DNA from: Marsupella aquatica
Lineage: Eukaryota > Plantae > Marchantiophyta
Reading direction: 5' to 3'
Length of the DNA: 64,000 nt
Assembly: GCA_973895155.1 (NCBI GenBank)
Contig: OZ316891.1
Coordinates: 13,423,037 to 13,487,036 of the forward strand
This document shows, piece by piece, positions 1-13,896 of the stretch. The first letter of the stretch is position 1, and each line of letters begins with the position of its first letter. The notes under the pieces are model-generated. The model was not told the DNA's origin. It made no database searches and saw only the letters and a program-made list of their open reading frames with translations. The position numbers and the translations under genes are program-made.

Positions 1-904
1 GAGCAGCTCCAAGTTGTACTGATAGCGTGCAAAAAGTTCCAATCAGTTTTATCATAGCAGATTTCTAAAACCACATTTCAGGTGCATTCCGACGAACGCA
101 TACTAGATGAAGCAAGATGTGCACAGTTCCCGCGGTGGCTGAAATTTGAAGTTACAATTAAAAATACCAGAATCAGTTGCAGACCTTACACTGCGTCATC
201 TCTCAGTCGTGCAGGGCCTAAGCTCCCAACCATATTTCCTCAATTATGCTAGGATTAAGGCTTTCATGACCCTGTTATATACTAGTATACAGTCGTAGTA
301 TTGGACCGCGAGGAAATCGTCGAACAACGTATCAGAATTTTTACCTTGAAGTCCTCTTTGAGCGAACACAATTTTGCGTTCAAGTCAGCAATGTTCTCGT
401 CTCTGTGCAGAACCTGACAACACACACATAGTAGTGATCGTGTTAGAGATAACTTAGCATCTTTTTAGCCACTTTGTCAGAAGATTGGACGAGGTGCTCT
501 GGCTATTTTCCAAGGATACTCTGCATAATGTGATATGAAAGAACAATGCTCTGAGTGACAATTTGATCTCCAATCTTGGTGAAATGTTCTTCAGTGATGA
601 GTTGACATTCTGTGTCTTCGACGGTATAATGGAGCTGGTAGATCTAGTTTTCTCTCTCCCCTAGAGTATAGGATGTTACGAATTCATATAAGTCCATCTT
701 AACTCTCGTAGATCCATTACGCTAGGAATTTGGTTGTATACAAAGATATTTTGTGGAGAGATAGGCATGAAGGACCTGCTGTTGGAGGTTCTTGACTTGT
801 TGCTCGCACATTTCGGCAAGCTCTCTCTCTTTCTGGACGCACAGTCTAACGAGCTCCTTCTCTTTCTGGTCAAATAAAGACCGAAAATCCGACTGAAAAT
901 CCAT
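1..904 (-). CDS. CCDC57: CCDC57-like coiled-coil (centriolar) protein, 5' part; gene continues off the left edge of the window
   Basis: Three exons with GT-AG boundaries, all phase 0 (904-776, 413-345, 18-1), give MDFQSDFRSLFDQKEKELVRL...QQQ|VLHRDENIADLNAKLCSLKEDFK|YNLELL. This resembles the CCDC57 N-terminal motif L(K/Q)EDFxYNLxxL as I recall it; no database search was run. Confidence 0.65.
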
Positions 905-1688
905 GGCATCTTTCTAGGTTACCATGCCACTAAGATTCGTTCGTTTTCAATCGTTGGCTGCCAATACTTGGTATTGTTCGCAATTTGGAATCGTTCAAGG
1001 TCGCAATGACATGGACATTCCAAGTTTCCTGCCATACAAAGACACTCAACTGCCTCGTGATCATAAGCTCTGTTTCGACATTCTAGGTGATTGCACAAAG
1101 GCAAACGCGCAATTGCTAATTAAGCGCGACGTCAGATTCTTGGCACGGATGGCAAGTCGAGCTTCTGGCGCCATTGACTTTGAGAGAAAATTCTGGACTT
1201 TTTGGAGAAGATAATTGAAAGAATTTGCGAGATGCACCGGAACTTCAAGACTTGACTCTTTTCCTCTCACTTCAATTTTCTCAACAATCGTCCAGCGCCA
1301 GGAAGCCAAATGCTCTGATCATCTCCTCACTCATCGTCAAGGAATGTGAAGTAATAATAGTCGTCCAGCAGCATCGCCGACAATCGCTTCCCGGGAAAGA
1401 ACGGCAAAATTCCATCTCTGTGCAGTGCAGATCCCAACAAGAGTGATGGCTGTTGCAAAATCCCCTTACTCTCATTTTGGTGAATCCATTGGTCGGACGC
1501 TTCTTTGTCTCAGAGAGTATTGCAATGCTCTGTATACCATCACCTGCTTCTGAAGCCTTCACAAATTTGCCGCTCAAATGTGGAACTCAATGTTACTTTG
1601 AGTAAGGGTAAGGGTAAGGGGGGGGGTGGGGGCGGGGGCGGGGGATTTGTCGCTCAAATGTGGAACTCAACGTTACCATGGGTAAAGG

Positions 1689-2061
1689 GAGGGGCTTTAC
1701 AAGAAGGTGGGGGCCTTTCAGTGTCTCTTCGAAGCAAAGTAGACTGCCAGTTTCCTACACTAAATTTAAAATGAGTGAGCAAAAATGTGTAGGTCTAGAG
1801 ATAATAAATGCAATTCACTGAAACGAAGCAGTGGCTTGGTCCATCTTGTGGACCACTTCAAAAGTAAGTCTAAGTTTTTGACAAAAAAACATGTACAGAT
1901 CAGCAATGAACCTGATTCACAAAGGGTGACAGATGACTAAGTTAGGTAATGGTTTTGTTTGATTGTGTCCCCATGTTAATGAAGTCTGGCCTGTTACACA
2001 TTTGAATGGCTGGGATTGCACCTCGAGGGAATTGCTGCCCTGAGTTCTTGTAAAGCCACCC
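1689..2061. mobile_element. MITE, probably PIF/Harbinger (Tourist-like), copy 1
   Basis: Ends GAGGGGCTTTACAAGA and TCTTGTAAAGCCACCC are inverted repeats. The interior is a diverged direct copy of 61079-61473. No clean TSD at this copy. Confidence 0.6.
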
Positions 2062-3376
2062 CACGGCATGACTCTGGAAGCATGGATTCTTATTTGCCAG
2101 TTGTGAAATCAAAACAAATAACAGCTTTTACCTACTTTGTTGCTAAGCATGGCTTCGTTTTGGAATCAAAACAAAGAACAATTTTCACTACTTTGCTACT
2201 AAGATACTTTGTCCACTAAGATCTTCAACTTGACATATTGTCACTACTTGATTTGTATTGTATTTAAAAATATCCCATTATTATTGTACCTACAAATATC
2301 CCAAAGTTTTTGTCAACAACTTCACCAATGTAACCATGTATGAAGCCGTGGCATATTTGGAAATTCAATAAAAACAGTGATAGTATTGTCAATTAGTACA
2401 TCTGTGGTGACAATGTAATTAAAAGCTGAAAGTAAGAATCAGAAGGTCTGGACTAATCCTTAAGAGAACTAATTGATGTCAACTTTGGCAAACAGTCCCT
2501 AGGAAGTCACAAGTCATAGGGAGTTTTGAATCTAGGGTCTCCCGTTCCCACACCAGTCCTAACCAATGGGCTAGACTTAAGAAGCTACATATGAAAATGT
2601 TTACTTTTCTTTCATTATTATCAGTATTTTTTACTTTGGAACTTTGGATGCTAATATAGAGTGCATCCAATTGTGTTCCGTGGACCTCTCTAATAATGTA
2701 GATTTTTTTTGTAATGCTACAAGACAAAAAAAACTAATTAAGCTTTAGGTTGAGCTATATGGTAAAGCATGAGGACAAAATTTTAAATCAATAATACTAG
2801 GGCCCAGAGAACAATGAAGCCCCAACATCTCGCCAGTTTAATTCCAAACACTTGGCAATCTTACCTCCAATGTAGACTTGGAAGTCAGATTCTAAAAATG
2901 AGTTTAGTGTGATATCGAGGTATGAGTGATCCAAAGATTTACATATGGACTTGCTAAACTATTACAATTCAAGCTACATTTGATTATGACTCCAAAAACC
3001 TTTGTTACACAGGGAACTGGTCCACAGTTGTAGTTTTTAGTAAGGGGGGAGCATTGTCATGTGTTTCTTTGCCAGCACATGACAATATGGTCATTGACAT
3101 GAGAATAGGAGGAGCACAATCACCTTCAAGACTGGCACAGGATGGAGATGGGAGTGGTGACAGTGATGGCACCCATGATCCAAATGAGTTAGTAGTGCCT
3201 CTACTTCCCCTACAAGGGTGTGCCAAGGGAATATTTCCAGAATCTTCTACTTCACACCACCAAGTGATATTCCCCACTCTGGCAAAAAGGAAACCTTCAG
3301 ATTTTACAGTAATTGTCACAAATATTGTCACATAACTTTGATCCCAAATTGTCAAGATGTGTGCCAAACTTATCGA

Positions 3377-3740
3377 GGTCCCTTGTACACCCAGCCTTTG
3401 CCAGGACTAGTAACAGCAAATGCTGCCAAAAAAAACCTTCCCGTGGTCACAATGCAAATTTGGAAGGCGTACACTTTTGTCTAGGGTTTCTCGACACAGT
3501 TGAAGACACAAAACAGCTGCCAATTCTTTGATCTGAGAAACCCTAACTGGTAGCTATTGAACTTTAGGGATGTGTATCAGAATTAGCAGGGTCCCTTGTA
3601 CACCCAGTTTTGCAGGGAGTAACATACTAGCAAATCTTGCCAAAACAATACTGCCCATGGTAGCTATACAAATTTGGGAGTGGTCAGTTTTTTCTAGGTT
3701 TTCTCGACAGCTTGGGAGAGACAAATTGGCAGCTATTGAC
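3377..3740. repeat. Diverged tandem duplication, ~210-bp period
   Basis: GGTCCCTTGTACACCCAG...CAAATTTGG...CTAGG(G/T)TTTCTCGACA occurs at ~3377 and ~3591. Confidence 0.6.
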
Positions 3741-5148
3741 CATTAAGGGTCACTGTTAACACTATGCAAATAAGGTACAAGGTCCCACGTAATTAACATC
3801 CACGCCTCTTCGTCTCTCGGGTTATCAGCTTAATTATCTGGGTGAAAAGAAAGTCATCATCCGTTCTTTTCTGGAAAGCAAATTTTATTTGTTGAGTCAG
3901 ATAGGTTGCTTTGTGTTAAACCATCCTCCTCTCTTCTTCGATCATCGGTCTCATAGATATGAGATTGGTGACCAATATAACGATTCCGTACATCCATATT
4001 CTCTCACTGGCAAGTAAGGTGAAAGATTGCAAGTTCGTTTTTTGATCCTTGCACCCAATTCAAAATGAAAATATACTGACAATTGATACTCAAAAAGAGC
4101 CACCGTGAAAAAAAATGAAGCACAATTCACAAGTTTAAATCATGAAGTCACAGTGCAAACTCCAGAACGCCAGCAACTGAATTGGGAATATCAAATTGTG
4201 AAACAACACATTTTTACATGCTGCCTCATGTTGCAACCATCGGGATTCGTGACCCAAGACTTTCTTGCTGCCATTCTATTCGACCTACTCACCCAAACCT
4301 TAAGGTTATGATGCCCGATACACCGGCCGCCACTATATATTTCGCATTGATACTTCACATTTCAAACATCGGCTGTGCTTTAGCTCATTGACGTGCTGAT
4401 CAATCAGATGTCACCAGCGTCTGACCGGAAAAAGCGGCGAGGAGTTGGAAAGGGATTGTGGAGTAAGACTTCTGCCATTTCTTACATGTAAGGCAACACG
4501 TTTTCTGTAGATAGTCTGACACTGCATAAAGGCATCAGAGTTGAATCTGATTTGTTGTTTCTTCATGGTTCATGGCGGCAATACAGCACTTTTGGGACAG
4601 CTGAGAATGAGATTAGCTGCTCCTGGATTGTAACCCGCATTCTCCATTTACGAGTAGGGCTCCTGAGCTGACTTCACCTCCAACTGCATCTGTATCCATG
4701 CTACTCTTAACTCAAACCACTGCCGAAGCACATACTTGTCGCAGGACTGCCCTCAGTAAGAATGTCCCAAGACATCTCGTCACAGGATACTTCAACTAAT
4801 TTTGAACTTCACCGCCAGTATTTGGTTGCAATGATTTAAAAAAGGTATTGGATTGAAACATGAACAAGAGATGAATGCGAATGTCCTTGTTCGATCCCTC
4901 CTCGTTTAGCTGTGACCGTGAGGTCGGAGTCCCGCAAAGCGCCTCTTCTGTACTGGTTAGCTGCCTGGCCAAGATCGGATGGGGATATTGGACAAACCAC
5001 TCTCAAAAGTGTTGGGAGACAGGTAGGTTACCTGGGACCATAAATCCATGACCACCCGCTACACGGGATCAAGGCTGCGGTAGAGTTAATTGCAGTAATG
5101 AGTGACTCGAGCTGTACAGCACACCGACCAAAATCACCTTTTACGGAG

Positions 5149-8100
5149 CTACATGAGGCCAAAGCCTTCTGCGTAGTTAATTGCAGTCATCAGTCGCTCC
5201 TTGAGCTGTGAAACACAGCGACGGCTTGGTGGGTAAGGTCATGATACAGGTTTACATATAAGAACATTTCAACGCTCCATCGTCTATGGCATCACTAAAT
5301 GATTCAAAAAGGAAATGCGCAGAACAGAGCAGCTGATTCAGATATCACATTAAAAGTGCAATACAAGGATAATTTGAACTAAACTGTCCAAATTCTTCCA
5401 GTACTTGTAAATCAAACTTTCAATACTAAGAAAAGGCATTTAGTCGAAGTCACCTTCCCCTTACTGCAATACTCTGGAAGAAGAAGATGGTTGAAACAAG
5501 TATGTGCTGTTGGTAGTCTTTCAGAATCTGTACCTGTTTAGTCCAGAATCATGCTACTGCGTTAATAGATTAAACCCATATGAATTCAAAAAATCTGGTA
5601 CAGATGGTTTCCGTAAGAGCATTTGAAGACTTGATCAAAAGATACGCTGGACCCAATAACCTCTTACCATTTCTAGAGATCACGAAATGTAGGTTAGCAA
5701 GTCCCTTGATAGGTGCACGATCACAACCTGTGACAAAAAACAACAGCTTTTTCTTGTTTTCCTCTTCCAGAGAATGCACAACCTGTGACACGAAGGAGAC
5801 CATAATTCATAAGTTGGACATAAAAAGCACAATATAATAATTATGAAAGACGACAAGAGGACAACAGACGAACCTCCCAGAAATAGCAAATAACGTCGGA
5901 ATCCCTCGTATATCCATCCTCGTAAATTGTGGCCCTTTCTCTACAAGGACAAACCACAATAGTCAGCCCAGATCAATAGAATAACTACAACTTAAGTGCT
6001 TCAGAAGGATAACAAAAACTGCATTTTACAAACGAACATTCTCCGACTCAATTGACCTGCAATTGGACTTCATGACACTTACAAAGCTTCAAAATCGAGC
6101 TCCGGGCTACCACAAATGAGCTGTTCCAATTCAACAGGCTGAAAGAGCTGCACGGAAATCAGGACATATGAGGAATTAACCGTTTAAAATATCTTAAATA
6201 TTAGTGCGTTCAATATTTGAAGAAGACTGTATTACTAGTGGCTTTGTAATATACTTTTCGAACAAAATCAAGAAAAACCCCTCAATAACCACCTATGACG
6301 AAAAGGTAATAAGTGCCATACAGACTGCTCTGGTATACCATCAAATCCATCTATAGTGGATACGTCCGGCCATAATACATTACACCAACCAGAGTCTCAA
6401 GGGCCCCAGCATATGCAAAACATAGTTGATCAGAACACGCACGAGCAAACAAGATGGGTTCAATGGCAAAGCATACTTTAGAGTAAAATTTACTTACATT
6501 TACAACTGGACCTTTGCAGAGTTTTTGGAAGCCATTCTTAAAGGCATCAAAAGCTCGTTGAATGGAGAATTCCATATAATACTGTAACAAACCAGGCACC
6601 AATCAGTCCATTGGAAAAACTATTGACAACCGATGCACTTGTCTATCCAGTATCTGTGAAAACGATGTTGATAAAATCTGGTCAACATTAACAGAGATAG
6701 TGGAGAATCAAAGTCTACCTGCACACACAGGTTGACATACTCCTCCCGGTTTTGTGAAGTCACAGGAGTATTGCCCCCATCCTTCTTGAGATCTACTGTT
6801 CTAATATCTCCAAAAATATCCTCTACAGACACTTGAAAGCTACGGACAAACACAGCCTGTCACATTTCAAAGTTTGATTAGTCAAAAGAGTACCAAAGAC
6901 CTCAGCAGAAGTTATGGACATCAGTATAATCACGGAAACCTTCGCTCCCAGCACCCGAAAACCTCAAAAACCCATGCCGGGGCAAGAAAGTTGCTAAAAA
7001 TCCTTAGACGAATAGCAAGAAAAATTAGATCAATGCAGCCTCGGATCCCTTACATTGACCTCAAATGTACCTCAACATCCCCAGTGAAATTTAGAAGTTG
7101 CTCCAAGCCTTTTGCAAGTGGTGGATTCACCTGCAAAAAACAGATCTTAAGGGGATGCACTACAGGAAATATACAAGATGGTAGGAAAGCCCCTGATTTG
7201 CATTGGTTTCAATATGTAAGAATACAACTATTTCACTTAAGCCTTTGTGAACTATTACTACAACCGGTTTCCATGCAAGGCGCATGATTTATTTTTGCGT
7301 ATGTATTCTCAGCCATTTTCCCGGATAAAAAGCTACCACGTTTGTTTCGGTCAAGTGTAATCCACAACAGCTGTCCCTCATTCTTAGCATAGCGAGCCCA
7401 AGGGTTGAAAATTGCAAGAGTATGGCAAAAGCAGATTAAAAGCTACCAAGTTTGTTTGAGTCAATGTATTGTACGACAGCTGTCCCCCACTCTTAGTATA
7501 GCGAGCCCAATGATTGAAAATGTGCAAATTATGGAGAAAGTAATCACCTCAGCCAGATCTTCAAACTGCGGAGTTCTGCTCAATAATTTCTTATAAATAA
7601 CACTTGGTAAGTGCAGCTCCAAAATATGACCATTATAAATCGCCAACCCCAACAGTATCCCTACAAGTTCATACTCCAAATCCATGTCCAAAGGTGAAGA
7701 ATTAAACCAGAATTGTCGGGTTTCCTCGTTGTAAGAAAACATTCCATACTGCATAAAACATACCCAAATGAAAACTTGTTCATGCATACAAAATCCGCAA
7801 CAGGGAAAATAGAAAGTCATGAATAATTCACAAGAGTACACAATAATATCTTCAGGATGTCTTCCAATTGACCACATATTCACAGGATTCAATAATCGAT
7901 GCCACTAATTGACCTGAAATTTCAATTAGTATTCTCATTCGATCTGTGTTGACCATGTGACCAGGTTGTTTGATGCATCATCTGTAGAGCGCTGAGAAAA
8001 CGTTTAGGCAAAGATGAAGAAGCTAGACGTCTCTCTACATTCACTTCTACAAAATTCTCGATTGAGCACTCCAAATGATACCTTTGGATCAAAAACCTCA

Positions 8101-11100
8101 CGAACAACTAGCTGGAAAAACTCTTTCTGCACCCCACCTTCATCGACACCTTCCTCGCCAATGAACTGGACCTGACCCGTTTTCAAACAATGTCAGCAGG
8201 TATGGCAGAAAATTGCCATGCAGTGGTTTTGACCAAAGTCGGCACTACACCTACAGATTGAGGTCTGTCCATCAAATCGAGGATATGATGAGACTCCTCA
8301 CAATTCAATATTCATGTACTAAAACATGCTTCACCCAACCAAAACTCTACAATGACCAGCTACATACCTTCAATGGCTTTTTCAGATCATCAGATTGTCG
8401 TTGTATCTGTCAAGTCACCGGGGACGATTAGAATACAAAAGTTCAAACACCGCATCAGTCACGTCTCAAAACAATTCACCTCACAGCTGACATGTGCAAC
8501 TACAATTTCAGTGTTTGAGCCTAGATTTGTTGGAAGTTTTCCAATCATGTGAAGCCGGGATCCAGGAATGATAGAAGTAAAATGCAAAGGTCAGTGCAGA
8601 CAACACGAAGGCAGGTCGCGTATTCGGGAAGATTCGTAAAATTACCTGCAAAATTGTCTCCCGAATCAAATTTTCTCGATTGACACGGAGTACCAAGTAA
8701 GGGCATGTAGCACCAATGAATATTGACCTCAGAACAGCGTCTTGGAATTCATGTCTCATTTGAACGTTTGCATCCAACTGTAGTATTCTGCTTTTGCTCG
8801 ATGGGTCATATATGAAAGGATATTTACAGAAAGAGAACTGGTATCTGAACAACAGGGCGACGTATCGACAAGTCTTAGGCAGTTGATGCAACGAAAAGCA
8901 CTTTGCGTTGCCAAAGCAAGAAATTGTGTTCCTGCAAGACACGCACTGGGACTCGCAAATAATAATAATGCTCAAACGGACTTTTGTGCTGACGTGTGCA
9001 CGGGGGATCCAACCAGGAAAGCCTCATTTTTTCATTAAGCGATCTGCTTTTGGGACGCCTTACTTGGTCTCTGGTAGCCGCCATTTCCTGAAGTCCTCCT
9101 TGAGGTCAAATTCGTCGTTATTTACTGCGTCATTGTAAAATGATGTGACATTGACTTGCTGAGATCTCTCATTCATAGAATCTGCAAAATTTCAATCATC
9201 TCTCAGAGCTATGATTCAAAAAAGTAATCACATTCACTAGTTAATAACACCTTCATCTTGAGTCAGATTGGCCGTGGAAACCGTCCACAACCAACACACA
9301 AAGAGAGATCGACTGAGAGGAGTCCTAAATTGAAGTTAGTAGAAGTGTGAGCAATCTACAACTGCAACCGTTACAATAATGACAAAAGGATACCATAAAG
9401 GCTAATGGAGAAACTAGAGTCGGAAGATGAAGAAGCCGATAACAACCGGAAACTGTTAGCAGGTCACTTACATAGCTCTTGGAGGACGTCCATACCAAGG
9501 ATCACAGGCTCATTCACTAGCCTGGACTCATACACATGAAATGTGATGAAGGTTTGGACAATTGAAATCAGCTGCTCTAATTGCTCCTTGCCATACCTGT
9601 TAATAATCGATAGACATAGTAAGTTTGAGATTAGAAGCATGCCACTAGAAACGACTGCAAGGGCAAGAAACTGCTGATAATGAAGCCAATTCGACCATTC
9701 TTTACCACTATGACCTGAAGTCTCCCAAATCTCACATTTCCGATAGCAGCAGTCATCCTGAACTGAAAACTGCTTCAGATCTTCACATTCAAGCCGCGAG
9801 CTATTGTTTTGACGATAGAGTTCGAACTGAAGCCCAAAAGGAGAGGATGTGGAAACCGTTATCAATAAAACACACTGAAGAAAAGATGCTTCTACAATAG
9901 AACTAATTCGAGAATTACTTTTCCAGAGCCACAAAGAGGGTAGTCTTGGCAATTGGGGGTAACCCAAGAATCAGCTTCCAGAGTTTCGTAAGTACCGAGT
10001 GATGATCAGGATCGGTAAAGAGCCTATTCTGTTGATAACAACCAAAATGGTGGTAAGTTTACTATCCGACAACTAATTCAAAACCACTTGTCCATCCCAT
10101 GCTGAATACATGGTAGCGTTTCCCAAACAAGTGATGATATCATCAAACTCGACGAGTACTCAGAACTCCATTTGAGCTTTCCCTCACCAAATTATTTGTA
10201 ATGTGTAATGGTCTGAGAGTGTCTCCATTAAACAAGTAGCAATTAACAAAAATGAAAACTGCTAGACAATAATTCGTTACCAGGCAGATATCGGGCGTGT
10301 CAAAGTCGAGGACACAAAGCGGCTACACAAAATAGTACTAGTACTCCTAGTCAATCTACATCCCATGCACTATTCAGCGTGTCAAAGCTTGTTTGTTTGT
10401 TTATTTCTGTTTTTCGTTGCTTTCCTTTTCAACGGGGAACCGACCCGCATGCAGGAAACCAATACCCATATCTTCAGGTACCACAGATGCTCAACTCAAC
10501 AGCACTCAATATATTACTTCGGTCCCACTCTCGGCTATGTATTTATCATCACTGAGCCACTGATGGACTACCCACCAGTAAAAGACACAGATAGATGCTC
10601 AGAAAATGTAGCCCTTGAAGAGTCATAGCCCACCTCAAGCAATGCAATGATGGTTCTAATGACTGTTGTGGAGTCTACATCCGCATTGCTTTGCATGGGA
10701 TCAAGTAGCTCTGTCAGAAGCCTATCACTTGATTCCATGATTGCTGCCTTCACCTCTCCTGTTTCCTGTCACCCCACAGAGCAAGCTATATCAGTCAAGT
10801 TCAAAGTGAACAAAGACCCCTCATGTTAAGTTACTCAACACACTCCTTTGTCTGTTCAAACAAACAAGCAAAAAATCAACCTTCGGCATCAATGCAAGGA
10901 AACGGAAGAATGTCTGATAAAATCCAACATCCTGAATTTAGAGCACAAGATTGAGCAAAGGAACTTACAAGCTCGATGACAGCATCATAAAACCTCTTCA
11001 GCAATGTCAGGTCCACTCCTGCCACTGAAAATACAAACCCATGCCATCTCTTAGACGCAAGGCACACAAGTGCAAGCGCCAGATTTCTTGTTCGCATGTA

Positions 11101-12564
11101 TCAGCATAGCAAGATGAGAGGACAACTACAACAAGCATCTGGCAGAGATAACATAGTATTGCAGATTGGATAAGTAGTAATCTCACCCAAAATTGACTTC
11201 ACTGGTACCGACAGGGAATCCCTTCCACTGCCAGACCCATTGGCAGGCAGAAAGCATTTACTCAGAGCAATGGGCGAAGAAAAGGTTGCCCTAATCATCC
11301 TCAGGAGCTCCCCATAGTTTGATGAAACTCTGGCGTGCCCCAATTCTTCCATCAATGTACAACGCTCCGGCGAAGGTTCACCTGTCATTAGTCAATACTT
11401 CCGCGTTTAGTGTGTTTTACTCCTAGTTTGACTTTCCCTGTATTGTGTGTTCGTGGTCGTACTCAACTTTGGTGCCTCTAGTTGTTCCAGTGAGCTTGCC
11501 CACCAAGAGTGACAGGGGAACAGTTTTTGAGAGAATGACTCATTTGAAATATCCTAGGGCAAATCCTAGATATCTTCGGTCTGCTCAGGTTATAATAATC
11601 TTAGCCTAACATGGAATAGCCACCTCCTGCCCACGGGAACCCACCTAAAAACAAGTCACATCTAGCTCTCACATATGGTCAAGAGGAAGAGTTTGCACAC
11701 CATGCATACTGCAATCGTCTTTAGATGTACCTCGCTGTTGAGGTTAGAGACCAAAAGGGATAGGAGATTTCTCAGTGTTTACATTCACGTAACTTCCAGG
11801 TGAAGATACACCGTGAATAAAAGATTGAGGACTTTAGTTTACAACCTTCTCATTACAGTAGCCAAAAAGACACAAGCACATGTTGCCATAACGTTCATGG
11901 AGATCCTCCATAGGACAGATCCGAAAATAGGGTCACCTTGAACTAAGTATTCTTCACATGCTTAGGCTGGAAAGGCAGTGAAGGCTTTCAGGTATGCCAT
12001 CTCATAAGTCACACCAAACGGGGCACCTGGCCAAACAATTTGTAAGGCAAACACTGACAGGATTTAGATCAGCCTACTGAACAACTCTGAAGAACGCTAG
12101 ACAGACGGAGTGCAATGCAAATTTACATGAAGATTTCTCTAAGCTGTTTTCTATATTAATTACAAATTCCTCCCAACCCTGGATTCTGGTCTTATTGAAG
12201 ATTTGCCAAAATGCAGACCAAGGGGAGCAAACGACCACTATGCATCTTAACGAGTTTAAACACAACCTGAGAAAATAATATTGTGAAAGCATTTAACCGG
12301 GTACAGCGCTCACAAACTCAGAAATAGCTCCTCGTGCACACGGACAAATTTCCTTTTCATTTTTTCAATGGTAGAACGTTGAGTTAGGCTTCTTCTCTCG
12401 AGGAGTTGTTAACAATCCATTCCGAATTTACCCAAAGAGCAGGAAAAATATTACGAAGATAGAGCAGAAGCATGCGACTCATAACCTGCTGTTGGCATAA
12501 ATTCCACGTCCTGTGGATTCACTGAGGTAACCTTGAAATCGAGAGGCGACTCATCGCCAACCAT
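5149..12564 (-). CDS. HECT-domain E3 ubiquitin ligase, E6AP(UBE3A)/HECTD2/small-HERC-like, multi-exon
   Basis: Exon peptides: [20 protein letters not shown]; [20 protein letters not shown]; [29 protein letters not shown]; [16 protein letters not shown]; [14 protein letters not shown]; [16 protein letters not shown]; catalytic [16 protein letters not shown] (~5454-5533); last exon 5205-5149 [19 protein letters not shown] putative first coding exon 12564-12486 (MVGDESP...PTAG) splices in phase to the exon starting ~11381. The start codon is less certain than the HECT domain. Confidence 0.9.
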
Positions 12565-13896
12565 TCCTCGCCACCGCGGCCACCGCGACACATCCAGATA
12601 CCTGAAATAACGTCAGCAAACAGAGCCAGCAGATCCAGCAGATCCATGAGTAGCTTCTCAGCAACATGGAGGGCTACTCCAAACTGCATTTCTTCTAGAC
12701 TACAGGTGAGAAATGAACCAAACTTCAAGTAAGACAAAATGATTCTCAAAAGGTTGGATGCAACCAGCTCTTGCGATCGTTGTATCGCGAGAGAGACGTG
12801 AATTTTGAAGTCGTATCTTTGAGAAGAGATTTTGCTTAAAAAAATGGGAGGTAATTGCCTACTCTTCAAAAAAGAGTTGAAGAATAGACAGACTTTGAAG
12901 AGTGCATTGCCAAGCACATGCTCTGTCTTCAAACTTCCCCAAGAGAGAGCGCACTGAATACGAGGAGCGGAACGCTTATAACGCGCATATGTGCTGCTAT
13001 CTGTTGCCGTTGGGTAAAACCTTCCTCTGCCTTTGCTTATGATTGGGATTGAGCGGTGCAATCCGACGGGATCGAAATTGTAAGGCTGGCAAACGTCTCA
13101 CTGTCACAAAATGTATACGTGACTCACTCGAGGCGACCCCTGCCCGCATGAACCCTACAGTTGTGTAATACTTACATCCCTTGTTTCTTCACAGAGGTCG
13201 AGTGGGGATGGATGGATGGATGGATGGATGGTGAAGGAGGAGGTCAGTTTCAATTTGGAAATCAATCACGTGCCCGGTTTTTGCCTCAAACGCAGCCACT
13301 GTAGCGTCATCGAGCTCGATTCATACATTCACAGAGATTGATTGGCGAAAATGCGGAAAGGCAAATTGAAAACACTAGGCAATTGGGAACACACAATTTG
13401 GAGCGAGGACGAACCTGTCAAAAATATACTGCGGCTTGTCCGGTGGAGCCATCAAATTTGGACAATCATTGACAGAGCAACGTGGAGGTACAACCAGCGC
13501 GGGAGCGGGAGGGAGCAAGCGAACGACGAGCGAAAGAGAACTGTAGAGGTGGAGGAAAGAAGCGACAATTCAATCGCTCGTTCCCTTTTGTGTGACGATG
13601 ATAATGAGGAATTTTTATCGCGCTCCTCCGACGATCCCAAACCCTTGCTTGCCCGCCTGCCTCCGGCAACGCGAGACTGAGACGGACAAACAAAATCGGT
13701 CATTGGCGATGTCAATCATGTCCTGGAATCGATCGACGACATGCGCGGTGCCGTGCCGTGCCTTGCCAAGCAAAGCAAGGAAATGCATCCATCAAATCTC
13801 CGGTCCTGGCCGCTCCCTCCTCGCTCACTCCTCCCGCTCGAGGAGCAGACGATAAAAGGTTCGGACGAACGCAAAACCAGACCGTATTGTTGTACT

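Noticed and set aside
7345-7530. ~55-bp diverged duplicate inside a HECT intron
   Set aside because: Ordinary local duplication; no snoRNA box or stem evident.
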